From NCBI RefSeq assembly GCF_009914755.1, contig NC_060933.1: a stretch of 64,000 nt of DNA; one strand, written 5' to 3'. Each line of letters opens with the position of its first letter. The stretch's first letter is position 1. The notes below the pieces were generated by a model. The model was not told the origin of the DNA and did not search any database. It saw only the letters and a list, made by a program, of their open reading frames with translations. Positions 28,550-40,900 of the stretch are shown here, one piece after another. Origin of the DNA: the human T2T-CHM13v2.0 reference genome, Homo sapiens. The position numbers were made by a program, and so were the translations under genes.

Positions 28550-28669
28550 CTCAGGGAGAGGGAGTAGTCATGCTTGCTGGTCTGGCTGTTCCGGACAAGG
28601 TAGCTACACTCCTTGCAGAGTCGCAGCAGGTTCTCGGCGTCTCCTCTGCTGATGGCTCCGTGATACCAT
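28550..28669 (-). CDS. SHB: SHB internal coding exon (probably exon 5), 120 nt, phase 2-2, N-terminal half of the SH2 domain
   Basis: ctctgccctctccacag|ATGGTATCAC...TCCCTGAG|gtgagt. Encodes (I)WYHGAISRGDAENLLRLCKECSYLVRNSQTSKHDYSLSL(R): WYHG start of SH2 and YLVRNS equivalent of the FLVRES phosphotyrosine-binding motif. Confidence 0.96.
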
Positions 28670-28779
28670 CTGTGGAGAGGGCAGAGAGTGGTCAGAGCCC
28701 AGCGCGATGGGATTCCCATGGCCCTGACCTGCCTTGGGAGACTCAGCACCCGCAGAGAGCCTCCCTGTACAAGCAGGCA

Positions 28780-29520
28780 TGCACTGGTTCATTCCATGGG
28801 TACCCACTGCCCGCCTGCTGCTGCCGGGTCCTGGGGAGAGCACAGTGAACAAAACCCAGTCTCTTTTCACGGGAAGCTTATGCTCTGGTGCAGGGAGTCA
28901 GGCCACAGACACTCAAGTCATCACAGAGCACAGTGTGAGGACAGGCATCATGGAGATGAAGTGGCATAGGCTCATGGAGCTGGGGGCTGGTGAGGGACTA
29001 TTTCAGGCAGGGTGGCCAGGGAAGCCTTCTCAAGGTGAGGTGGCTCACGCCTGTAATCCCAGCGCTTTGGGAGGCCAAGGCAGTTGGATCACCTGAGGTC
29101 AGTTCAAAACCAGCCTGGCCAACATGGCGAAACCCCATCTCTACTAAAAATACAAAAATTAGCCGGGCGTGGTGGTGGGCGCCTGTAATCCCAGCTACTC
29201 AGGAGGCTGAGACTGGAGAATCACTTGAACCTGGGAGGCGGAGGTTGCAGTGAGTTAAGATCATGCCACTGCACTCCAGCCTGGAAGACACAGCAAGACT
29301 CCATCTCAAAAAAAAAAAAAAAAAAGAAAAAGAAAAAAGAAAATGGAAAAAAAAGAAGAAAGAAAAAAAAAGTGACATTTCAGTGCAGACCTGCAGGAGG
29401 CAAGGAGGGAAGCCAGAGAGGAGCTTTCTTGGTAGACAAATCAGCAGCGAAGGCCAAGGCAGAAGGCTGCCTAGCGTATTCTGGAAACAGCTAGGGGCCA
29501 GCATGGACAGAAGCAGCAAG
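28780..29520 (-). mobile_element. L2 3' relic split by the Alu at 29039
   Basis: ttcattc...gaacaaaacccagtctct...ggtggccagggaagccttct | gtgacatttcagtgcagacctgcagg resembles antisense L2; boundaries approximate. Confidence 0.55.
29039..29371 (+). mobile_element. AluS with long compound A-rich tail
   Basis: Dimeric Alu, slightly 5'-truncated; tail 29308-29371. Confidence 0.93.
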
Positions 29521-29852
29521 GGGAAGGGGTGTGCAAGACGTCCCGAAATGGGGCTGCAGCAGGGGCTTTTCTCTGTTTGAGCAACATGGAAACCATCAGA
29601 GGGTGCTGATGGGAGGGCCACGCTCTGACTCAGGGATGTGTGCAGACATGGATGGTGGGCAGGGAGGTAGCTGTCCATGCTCCTGCCAGACGGCTCTAGC
29701 ACCACTTGGGCATGTGGGAATCCCAGCATTACTGCTCCCAGATGCCATGCATGCCAGAGGAGGGCAGGCGGCAGAATCTGAGGGGAGGAGTGCCGTGCAG
29801 AGGGCCCGACTCATCCCTCATCTCCCATCAGAGGAGGAAATGGGAGCAATGC

Positions 29853-30152
29853 TTTTCTTTCTTTTTTTTGAGACAGGGTCTCACCCCGTCACCCAGGCTG
29901 GAGTGCCGTGGCGCGATAATAGCTCACTGCTGCCTCAAACTCCAGGGCTCAAGCAATCCCCCCAACCCCCAGCCTCCAGAGTAGCTGGGACTACAGGTGC
30001 GTGCCACCATACCTGGCTATTTTAAAATCTTTTCTAGAGACAGGGTCTTAATATGTTGCCCAGGCTAATCTCGAATTCCTGAGCTCAAGTGATCCTCCCA
30101 CCCCACCTCCCAAAGTGTCAGGATTACAGGCGTGAGCCATTGCATCCAGCCT
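29853..30152 (-). mobile_element. AluJ-like
   Basis: Antisense dimer starting ttttgagacagggtctc. Confidence 0.9.
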
Positions 30153-30177
30153 GATTTTCCTTGTGTGTGTGTGTTTC

Positions 30178-30345
<168 letters not shown>

Positions 30346-31989
30346 ACTGATTTTCATGACTGGAAGAGCTGACGGTAAAACTGCAGGGAAAGAATAAAGA
30401 TCCTCACTGCCCATGAGTGGACACACTCAAAATACATTCCTGTTTACATGATGGTCTCTGCGCGGTAGTGGAGGGGGTGAGACTCAGCCAGGAGAGGCAG
30501 AGGCACGGGGCGGTACTGTGGTTGGAGTGTGCTTTGTCCACAGAGACATGGATGCTGCTCCGAATGGTGGCTCTGCTGCCTGCTGGCCAGGCAAGCCACT
30601 GACCAGGCGGCTTCTATTAAGCGAGGATCATGCCAACCTCTCTTGGGTTGTGGGAATGTAACAAGTGGCCCCGCAGGAAGGGCCAATGTAGAGCCTGATG
30701 TGGGGCGAGTCTTAACCGACGGCAGCTGCAGCGTTAGCAGAAAGAGATTGCCCTCGCAGACTGTGTGGTGACATCCCCACCTACAATGGTTGCAGGCCGC
30801 TGCCCATCCAGAGGCTGCATTTTACATTACATTTCCAGGTGCAAGTGGGGATGCTGCCTCCTGGTGCCTGTCTCAGAGTGTCCTGCAAACCGTGCCTCTG
30901 AGAGTTCCGGCACTGACATTCTCCTCAGAGAAAAACCCAAACCACCCGTCCCCATGCAATTCCTGCCACTCATGAGGCAGAGCTCAACAGTTAGTAGCAG
31001 TGGCCACAGCAAAATTAAAACCCTAAGAAAAAAAATCAACTTTAAAGTCAAGGACTGGAGAGTAAATGTGAGTGTCCTTGTCCAGTGGGAATGTGGCCAA
31101 GTGGTGGACAGTCCAGGCAGTGGCCACCAAGCTGGACATCCGGAGGGGAGACTTTCCAGGGGAGAAGGCAGGAAGAGCATGCAGACCACAGACCCCTTTC
31201 TTTCTAAAGGTACAGAGAAATATGTAAAGAGGAATGTGAAGTTGGGGTATGCATGGGTTGCCACAATTAAAACACCACAAGTAAAACATTTCCTGAGACA
31301 TGAAGGTCCATGTTATGCTTTAGAAAGGCTACATGGCTGTAATCAGGAGAAACAAAGACAGCATTGACTTCGGAAGTAAGAGTTAACAGGTTTGGGAAGG
31401 CTGTCCTCTGGGAGATTTCACTGTGTAACACACCCTCAGTGAGCTGACAAAAACATTTTACTAGGAAAACAAGTCCCAGCCATTTGAAGCTGAGCCGTCC
31501 TCAGGGAAAGGCCTAGAAGTGGTCTCTGGGGAAGTGCTGCCTGCCATCCACCCTCCCTGAGCTCAGGAGCAAGCTCTGCTCTGAGATGGGGGCATGGCCT
31601 CTGGATTCTTGTTAAGGGGAATCCCAGGTGGTTAACAGGATAAGCTACCAGTCCCTTCCCCAACTGCTCCACACAGAGTCAAGGGCAGGGGACAAGGGGC
31701 TGAGGAACAAAGGAGAGAAGGAGCAGAGGGTGCTGGATCTGGGGGCCGGGCCGGCACTGGCCAGCCTGTCAGCAGGAGGCTGGAGACTAGGAGTCAGGCT
31801 GGGCTGGGCGGTCCTGTGGGGGGCTACAGCCAACTGTTGGGCCCACGTAGGCCTTGCTTCACCTGGAAAGAGAATCCAGGCAGGAGGTCATCTCAGGGAT
31901 GGGCTGGACCTCGTGGGGTTGGCCAGTCAGGTCAGAACCAGGGGGATTAGGGAGACTCAACTATCGTCCTTCACCCCAGCCAATACCCA

Positions 31990-33310
31990 TGAGCTCATCC
32001 AGTATTTACTCACCACTCACTATATCCTTGATCTCACGGGGCTGATGAAGGGAGAGGAAGAGTCAACAGAGAGATACAGGAAACAATTCCAGATAGTGAC
32101 AAGGGTTATGCAGGCATCCTGGGGTTATGATAAGGCAGTGACTGGGGTTGTATGAGATGCCCGCTTAGAAATGAATGGGCAGGGGAGGCCCCTGAGGAGA
32201 TGACATGTGGCCTGAGAACATGAGAAGGAGCCAATCGTGAAGAGCCAAAGAAAACATCTCTGCAAAACAGGCAGCAAGTGCAAAGGTCCTGAGGTAGGAA
32301 TGCGCTTGCAGTGCTCACAGAGCAGAAAGGCGGCAAGAATGACCCAGGCACTGTGAGCAGCGGGCAGGAGGTAGGCCCAGTTCTTGTGCCCAGGAGGAGA
32401 AGTTTGATTTCATCCACAGCAATAAGAGTTTTAAGAGATGTTACTTGCCCTGGGAAATCTTACAGACAGTCAGTCAGGTTGGCGTGAGGAGGGGCCAGAG
32501 GAGACAAGTCAGGATGCTAGTGAAGTAGTTCACACGGCAGGTGGCCGCGGAGATGGAGGAATAATGGATTCTGGTGGTACTTAGGAGGGAGCACTGGCAG
32601 AATTTGGTAAAGCAACAGATGCTGGTGTCCGGCAAAAAAAGGAATCAAGATGATGACGGGTTTGTGGCTTGAACCATAACTAGTTAGATGTGACACCGTT
32701 TATGGAGGTGCGGAAGCTGGGGGAGGGGCAAGTTTCGAGGAGAAGATCAGGAGCCCAGTTTTGAACACATTAAGTTTGAGATGCCCACTTGTCAGCCAAA
32801 TGGAGATGCCAGGAAGCAACTGGACGTAGGAGTCAGGAGCTCTGGGAGAGGTGTGGGCTGATGCTACATGTCTGTGAGTCACCACTAGGATCCTGGGAGA
32901 GACAACCCAGGGAGAGCACGTAGTTGGAGACTGAGCCCTGGAAAGTCAGACCTTCAGGTCAAGCAGAGGCAAGGAGCCAGCAGAGGAGATGGAAGAGTGG
33001 CCAGGGAGGCAGGAGGAGCACCAGGCCCAGAGGCCCAGAAGGAGAGTAGTCAACTGTGGTGACTGCCACGGAGGACAGAGGGGGTCGTCTGGGGACCGGG
33101 GCAGAAAAAGGAGGCTGGCTGTGGTGGGTGAGAGAGAAGGGGAGGTGACAGAGAGGGGAGAAGTGCTGGCAGCTCTTTGGAGACTGTTCATTCACGCAAC
33201 AGCTATTTATTCAGCACCTGTTACCTGCTGGGCACTGTTCTAGGCACAGGGGATGCAGTGGTGACCTAGACAAGTTCCTGCCCTCATGGAGTTTCTGTTC
33301 TCAGCAGGGG
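31990..33310 (-). mobile_element. L2 relics
   Basis: gcaagtgcaaaggtcctgaggtaggaatg, gttttgaacacattaagtttgagatgccc...gtcaggagctctgggagagg, and a second 3' end ttcattca...tatttattcagcacctgttac; boundaries approximate. Confidence 0.7.
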
Positions 33311-33755
33311 CAGTTGAGAGGAATGTTGAGTCAAGGTTTTTTTTTTTTACTTATGTTGGCAAAGTTTGTTACTGGGACACGTTCATATACTGATGGTAAT
33401 GATGGAGGAAGGAAGAGGGGTGCAGGTGGGGCTGCCTCCAGGAGGCAGTGGGGACAGACCCTGAGCACTGGAGCACCTTTCTGCTGTCCCAGGAGGGAAG
33501 GCAGGTGGTAGGAGCACCTAGGCAGATGTGTGCCTGCCCATCCATGGCCACCCCGTGTGACCTGGGGCACACCCCAGTGCCTCGGTCTCCCCTCCTACCT
33601 CCCTCTGTGCTAGGGTGGAGGAGAGGTTCAGACTGGAAGGCGCCTCCTGAACTCTAGAACAGCATCAGTTCAGGTGGGGGACTAGGTGATCCTCTTTACT
33701 GGGGTCATCAGGCTCTAACCGAAATGGGATTTTACCTTAAGCAAACCCCTCGGGT

Positions 33756-34180
33756 GATGAGTCAGGACTTCTGACTCATCTTGGGGAGTTAATCGTGGGG
33801 AGATGAGACGATGGGGGAGGAAAAGCCAGTCATGCCTCTGGACTTGGCTGGGGGCCCCATCAAGTGGGAATGGGAAAGGAAAGAGAGCCCAACCCTCCCA
33901 CCTTGAGATGAAGGCTGAGTCTGGGGGTGGGAGTGGGCAGGCTGGGCCCAGACTGACCCAGGCAGACCTGGCCACTGCTGGTCAGGACGCACGCCGAACA
34001 TCTGTGAGTCACAGTTTGTTGATTAAAAGTGCACAGTTTGATCAGAAATAAGCAAAACCTGTCAGACGATCTGCATGGCTGTGAGAAATGATTCACAGCA
34101 CCGGCTGGGAGCACTCACAAAGGTGGCAGAAGCCTCCAGAGGTGACAGCACTTGCTTAAAAGGGCAGCATATGATGTCAT
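33756..34180. promoter_or_regulatory. Candidate AP-1-type intronic enhancer
   Basis: Three exact TGA(C/G)TCA sites (33758, 33772, 34005) and a CRE/ATF-like ATGATGTCAT (34171) in apparently non-repetitive DNA; motif evidence only. Confidence 0.4.
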
Positions 34181-35392
34181 TCGGAAAACCCTGCATCCTG
34201 CTCACCGAGTGAGAATTTCCTGTGAGGGTATGCCCTGCCGGCCATGCCAAGACCAGAATCCCCAAGACAAATACAGTACGTGACACACACCAGGGAAGGC
34301 TCACGAACCATGTGTGGTTGTCAGTGAGTCTTGTGGCCTCATGTGTGCCTACTCCATACCAGGCAAAGGGTGGGAATGAGCAAAGAGTAAGTGGAGGAGA
34401 GGGGAGGGGAGAGGGTGGGGTCTGGGTCATGAGGTTGGGGGCACTCTGAGCCGTGAGTCCTTGCCAAGGCTCTGCACCACTCTGGGCCCTGATGTTCTCA
34501 TCTAGGCAATGGGCTGACAACCCTTTATTGCACATTTGCTTGTTTAAGCAGACAAGACACCTGAGGACACCAGCACAAGTCCTGCACCTGCTTTGTCAAG
34601 TTCCTGGAGAAGCTCATTCTAGTCCAGTTATGAGACACGGTTAGAAACTGAAAACATAGTTTGCAGACAATTCACAGAATGAATGGCAGGCTAGGGAGGT
34701 GGGACTTTATCCTGGAGGTAATGTGGAGCCACTGAAGGTTTCAGAGCAGAGCAGGACCCTGCACCCAGGGATGATTTGGCAGAGCAGGGAGATGATAACC
34801 ATGGCCAAGGGGAGGGGCAATAAAGGGCCCAGCCCTGCACAGTGCTGGGGGGCAGCAAGAACGGAAAGGGATGTGGGACCTTGGGGGCAGCATGGATGGG
34901 ACTTGGCCACTGACTGGAGGTGGGAAATCTCTGGGCAAAGGGGCTGGGAAAACCCGCATCAAGAGTGGAAAGGCCTCGCCCAACTCTAACAGTATCAAGC
35001 AGACATGGAGCAAGAACACGACTGTAGCTAGAAAATAAATCTAATTTACACATAGTTTTACACTTAGGGGAAAGGATTTAGTTTATATTTAGTTTTTCCA
35101 AGGACTTATTTGCTGCATGATGAAATGAGAAACTAGGATGTAAAAAGGAGGAGTGCACCCTGTAGACTCTTTTGCAGTTCCTCCTGCCATTGAAGGTAAG
35201 GGTGGCAACACAGTGTGGAGAGAAAAAGTTCAGGGCTAGAAGCTAGGAGGTATGTGTTCTAATCCTGGGCCTACCACTGGCTGGGTGGGAGCCTCAACCT
35301 TCCAAGAGCCTTAACCTGCCCATGTATACACAGAGGGGGAGGTAGGGGCAGGCTAGAAGGCCCCTGGAGTTCTAGCATGCCTCAGTCTGGGT

Positions 35393-35701
35393 ATTTATTT
35401 ATTTTTTTTTGAGACAGGGTCTCGCTCTGTTGCCCAGGCTCGACTGCAGTAGTGTGATCACAGCTCAACACAGCCTCAACCTCCTGGCCTCAATTCAGTC
35501 TCCTGCCTCAGTCTCCCAAGTAGCTGGAACTACAGGTGCATGCCATCATACCTGGTTAATTTTTGTATTTTTTTTCTTTTTTTTGTAGAGACAGGCTCTC
35601 ACTATGTTGTCCAGGCTGGTCTTGAACTCCTAGGCAAGTGATCCACCCACCTCGGCCTCCCAAAGTGCTGGGATTACAGGTGTGAGCCACCACGCCCGGC
35701 C
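35393..35701 (-). mobile_element. AluJ-like, about 95 nt from the exon 4 donor
   Basis: Dimeric Alu on the minus strand. Confidence 0.92.
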
Positions 35702-35796
35702 CAGTCTGTGGATTTTTAAAAGAAGATGACATGAAAGAGAGGGCAAAAACTAGGTGAACTGGGAGGTGAGGTTGGGCTTTGCTCCCAAGAACTTAC

Positions 35797-35968
35797 ATTT
35801 GCTTCTCCAGGGGGACGGCAGGATCCACCCTTTCTCCTAGGATCCCGCAGAACTCAGGGCTCCCATGTTTGATAGGCTTAAAGCCCCCTCCAGGGGCACG
35901 AAGCTGGCGCCGCCGGTCCCGCGAAGGTGAGGGGGATGACTGCCGCTTCTCGTTGCCATTAAACTGTG
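35797..35968 (-). CDS. SHB: SHB internal coding exon (probably exon 4), 172 nt, phase 1-2
   Basis: Read by hand (not in the ORF track on this strand): ctttctctctctccccacag|CACAGTTTAAT...GAGAAGCAAAT|gtaagt. Encodes (A)QFNGNEKRQSSPSPSRDRRRQLRAPGGGFKPIKHGSPEFCGILGERVDPAVPLEKQ(I); phases join exactly with both neighbouring exons. Confidence 0.95.
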
Positions 35969-37544
35969 CTGTGGGGAGAGAGAGAAAGTGCAGGGTTAGC
36001 AGAGCTCAGCCCAGGGAGCTACTGTGAGGCACAGAAGGGTAACGTTCAGCTGGTCTAGTTGGCAATTTACAGCTTGCAGGAGGAAGGGTTTCAAGCAATG
36101 ACATAACATGGCACAAAAGATTTTGGCTTCCTAAGACAGGACACCCACGTGATCACAGCCCAATGGTGCGTGTGAGGGGCTGGCTGAACCTCCAGAGGCC
36201 ACTGGGCTCAGCCTTACCCCCACAGAAACCTCCCTGTGGCCTCTAGCGGGGGGCATGGCACTGCCTTGTGGGGGCACTGCCTTGGGGGAGCTCTGTCCTC
36301 TGGACAGTTCTCAGGGGAAAAAGCTGTTTCTTGTATTGGGCCAAAAATCTGCCTCCAAGTGGCTCCTCTCCTCCTCTCATCCCACCTCAGGCCATACTGG
36401 CCACATCTGCCCCTTTCCCTGGGATACTCCTATAGAGTGCCACTTAGGGGTCATGCTACATCCCCTGTATTCAGATCCCCCGCATGGGCCCAGGACCCAG
36501 CGCCCAGGTGAGGCTAAAGCAGTGCCCATAGCACAGGAAGGGCCATTCCACATGCTCTTCTCCCCGCCCTGGGCCTGTGGGAGCATCGTTCACCCCCACA
36601 GGCTGGGGGAGGATGCTCCTTGAGGGAGACCCTGGAGACATCACAAAGAGCAGAAAGCGCTGAGCTAAAACTGGAGTTGCCAGAGGGTTCCTGGAGACCA
36701 CCTTGCCAGTTATCCAGCTGGGCCTGTTTCCTTCTCTGAAAAACAGGGATAATGACAGCACCCATCTCATGGGGATTAAAGCAGATGACACACCTAGAAA
36801 TCTTAGCACTGTGCCTGTACCTGTGGAAGGTAGTCTGTGCTGTTATTATAAATCACACTTATTGTGTCTGCTCAATGCACACACAGTACTAGTCACCTCA
36901 CAGAAGCAACTGAACCAACCTGAGTTCTTCTCCTAAGCCTGCCAATGATTAGCTGCGAGCCTTGGCTACGCTATTGAACCTCTTTGAGTCCCCAGGCTGC
37001 TGTGAAGGTCAGATAAGAGGATACTCCAGCGCCTGACACACAGAGGGTGCCTAAGAAACGAGGCCAGAGCCTGCAGAGGAAGGTTCCTGAAGCCGAGGCC
37101 AGCTGCAGGCTCACAAACATGTCCCTGGCTGTGCCACACAAAGGCGTAAACCTCTCCTCTAACCAGCAAGCATGATTGTGGCAAGCTATCCTCCAAGCCC
37201 GGCCAGACACACGAAAATCAACCCCCATGCTCACAGAAGGTCCTGGAGAAACCTCAGCGCTGGCGGGGTAACGTGCTGTCTGCTGAAACCGAGGAGCGTG
37301 ATGAACCTGTTCTACATCTCAGCCACTGAACCATCTTCCCTATCAGGGACTGTGGGGCATTTCTGTCCCTCTAAGACACTCTTTCTCCATCAACCACTTT
37401 GGAAAACAGTGGGAAGGGAGGCTCTTGCCAACAGAAGGCTCCAGAGACACCGGACCCACCCACTTTCTGGACTGTGCTGAGCGTGTGGCCAGCCTGCTAC
37501 CCAGCAGTGACACCGACAGGTAGTCCACCCGCGATGACACTCCT

Positions 37545-37995
37545 AACCACTTATCCACATGTACTAGGCACACTTCAAGGCTGGGAAAATAGTGATGGGC
37601 ACAACAGACAGAGATACCTGCCTTATGGAGCGCAGGGTCCTCGTGAGGAGAGACAGGCAATAAATCAATCTGCCTATCAGTGGCTGGGGACAAGTGCCAC
37701 TGAGAAAAATACAGCAGGGCAGGAAAGCCCTCTCCAAAGGTGACATCTGAATAAATATCTGAAGGGAGGAAGGAACATCTGTAGGAAGGACACTCCAGGC
37801 AGAAGGAAGAACAAGTTCAAGGGCCCTGGGGTGGGACTGTGCCTAGAGTGAGACACAAAATGATCCAGAGTGACTGGAAGGGAGTTGGGAAGGAAGCTGG
37901 GCTTCCTAGTCTTGGGAAGGACTCTGGCTTTGTTCTGAGAGACGTGGAGAGCCGTTCTGACTGGGCGCTTCCTTACAGGATTGCTGTGCTGAAAA
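37545..37995 (-). mobile_element. L2 relic
   Basis: catgtactaggcac...aaggtgacatctgaataaatatctgaagg...ccaggcagaaggaagaacaagttcaagggccctggggtggga. Confidence 0.65.
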
Positions 37996-40900
37996 GAGAT
38001 GGAGGCAAGGGGTGTATGGGAACACTCTGGACTCTGTCTGATTTTGCTGTGAACCTAAAACTGCTCTAGAAAGTATAGCTGGCTAATTAGAGGGACAGAG
38101 AGCATGTGTACACGGGCACACAGGAGGGCAGCGAGGCAGTGCCCGCCAGTGGTCAGATCCAGCCACATTCTGCAGGCAGAGATGGCAGGACTCGCCTGTG
38201 CATGCAAAGTGCACCATGAGAGGAGGACTACGGGTGACCACAGGCTGAAGTGCAGCATCAGAGAAGGACGACTACTGGTGACCACAGGCTGTTGACCTAA
38301 GCGCTGGAAGGATGGGCTGGCCTTACCTATGAGAGGAAGACTCACCAAAGGCCCTAATTAAGCTTCCAGAAAGCAGCATGGAGGCCATGCCTTAACCTAG
38401 AGACACCCACAGCTCCGTGATGCCAGGGCTGGTGGTGTGGAGAGGAGGCAGAGTGAGGACTCGCTGGGGGTTCCTGCCCTTCCTTCTGGCCACAGTTCTT
38501 TCCTGTGTCCAACTACACACAGACAGCAATGACCTCAAGGCCTTCCCAGGGGACAGGTCCTGGGGCTGGAGAGTGAGAAGGCCCTTTCCCATCAGCTAAT
38601 AAGGGGGCTTTTGTGATAGTGGCCTAAAACCTGGAGCTGGGGCCCCAGCACACACATCACCACCAGCATCTACCCCTCGCTGGCCTTCCAGTAGCCTGGA
38701 TCTCCCAGTGGGGTTCTGGCTGAATGACGGCACCCTGATGGCAACCAATCATGGGACATATGGTCTTGGACAGGGGGTTGGGAGAAGGAGAGAAAGAGGT
38801 GAAGCAGGTTCTTACCCGAGCCCCTACTTTGCAGAGCCCTCCATGGGTGACCTTGGGCAGGGGAGAGCACTGGGGCTAGACAGACAAATTGGGGCCATGT
38901 CATCCTGGAGCCCCTTTCTAAAGAGCTTGGACTTGAACTTATAGATGGGGATAATCAGAGAATGGGCTTTAGAGACCTCTCTGAGTGCTGGTGGAGGGTG
39001 GGTTTGGGGTCAATCCTGAAGACGGGAAGACCAGTCAGGGAAAGGTGATGGAGGCTGACCCCCTCAATGACGGGAGGGATGTAGAAGCTTGACTACTTGT
39101 GGGAGTGAGTCCGGGATAACTGCTGTGTGATGCCCAGATTTCTGGCTTGGGGGAGGGTGATGCCCCCATTGGGATGGGCACAGAAGGGGATGTGGTCAGG
39201 GAGCATGGGACTAGCCTGCACTTCTCCATGATGCCTCCCTGCTGCTAATTTTCTGGTTGTCAGGAATAGAGAGGATACAACTCAGCAGGCATCCTGGCCC
39301 ATAGGGCTGCCAGTGTTGAAGGGCTGCGGCTTGCCCTGGCATAGGAAGGGGACTAAGCTGGAAGTGAGGTTCTAGGCTTAGTTTTGCCACAGGCTCAGGA
39401 GACCGAGGGACCAGATGAATTATAAGTCACTTTCACTCCTGACATCCTGGGGCTCCACTGGCTAAAATCAGGATTGGGGGATTTCTGCCAATATAAATCT
39501 CTACAATCGACATCCCGACACAGAAGGTGAGCAGAGAGGCATGGAGCACAGAACATGATTGTGGAGGGAGCCCAAGCTTTTCGGCACAACCCAAAAGGCT
39601 CTCTAGGACCCGGCTGCTTGTCCAGCCTCAGGTCCACCAATCTCTTCACCTCACTAATACCACTTACCCTCCAGAGGTCACCTATTTCAGGAAGCCTTCC
39701 TGGACCTCACCTCTCCCAAGACTCACCTTGATCTTAGCACCCTAACTGCATGTCCTACCTGGCTCCCGGTGAGCCCCCTGAGGGTAGGGGCTGTATCATG
39801 TGCCCCTTCCCCCATACCTAGCCCATTACCGGCAACATAACAGGTGCTCAATAAGTGATTAAATGAAGAAACTTAATGAACTGCTGTTTAGCTTTATTGG
39901 GAAAAAAAAATCGGTTTCATACCAGATAAATTGGATAAAAACTAGTAACGTCCTAGTCAACAATGTAATTCCCCACTGAAATAATTTACACATTTGCTGG
40001 CAAGCTTAATAATATAGCCATATATCTTAGAGAGAACAGGTGGTGATGAGTGACAGGCTTAATTAGGCAAATCATTTCACCTAAAATACAAATATACAAA
40101 CTCCAAGTGCAGTGATTTGGCAGCCTAAGAAAAAAAATGTTAAGAACAAAAGCACCAAACACAACTGCTCTCATTCCTTCTAATTACGTTTCTCCTTAAT
40201 CTGCAATTTAACATGGCAATTCTTTTAATTTAGTGATTTTTCTGCAAAAGATAAAGACACAGTCCTTCAAAAGAAGATCTGCATTTAGAGAAAAAATATG
40301 CTACCCCCATGAGTCATTAGAATGACAGAACCTAATTAATTTCACCTATGGGCAATTAAAAATGGAAGTTGGAATCTGAAGGAGGAAAGTAAGACTCAGA
40401 GCTGTGCAGGTTGAGGCTCTGGGAGCCCTTCTGACTTTGGTTCCAATGATGGGGACCAGACCCTGGTGGTTGATGGAAGAGAGAGGCTGGTCAATGTTTT
40501 TCCAAAAGTTCTGCCATGGTGGCAGGACTCATCCCTTGAGACCCAGCTCAAGTGCCTTGCTTCTAGGAAGCTTTCCTGGCCCTCCCATCTGGATTGGTCC
40601 CCTTTCTGATTGTATGACAGATTTTACACCAATCAGTCCTAAAATGTGGTCACTGCCAACAACAGAAGACAGCATCCAAGACACCTAGCTTAGCTCTATC
40701 CCTCCTACTGGCCCTGCCACGTGGGTAATGGGTGAGGAACGGCGGTCCAGAGGAGTAGTAGGAGGAACTCCTCCAGGGTCTCAAAGCCAAATAGCAGGGT
40801 GAGGGTCAAGCCCAGGACTGCAGGCCTGCAAGGTCAGGCTCACCCCACCCTTGGGTCTTCATTCCCCACAAGAATACCTGAGGGCTGCTGGTCTGGCAGG

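Noticed and set aside
30765-31367. 200-aa plus-strand ORF
   Set aside because: Non-ATG start, no homology recognised, no splice or promoter support.
35961-35970. Second AG 5 nt inside the exon 4 acceptor (cag|CACAG)
   Set aside because: Use would shift the frame; the upstream AG follows the pyrimidine tract directly and gives the SHB frame.
35779-36027. 82-aa plus-strand ORF
   Set aside because: Antisense shadow of the real SHB exon at 35968-35797.
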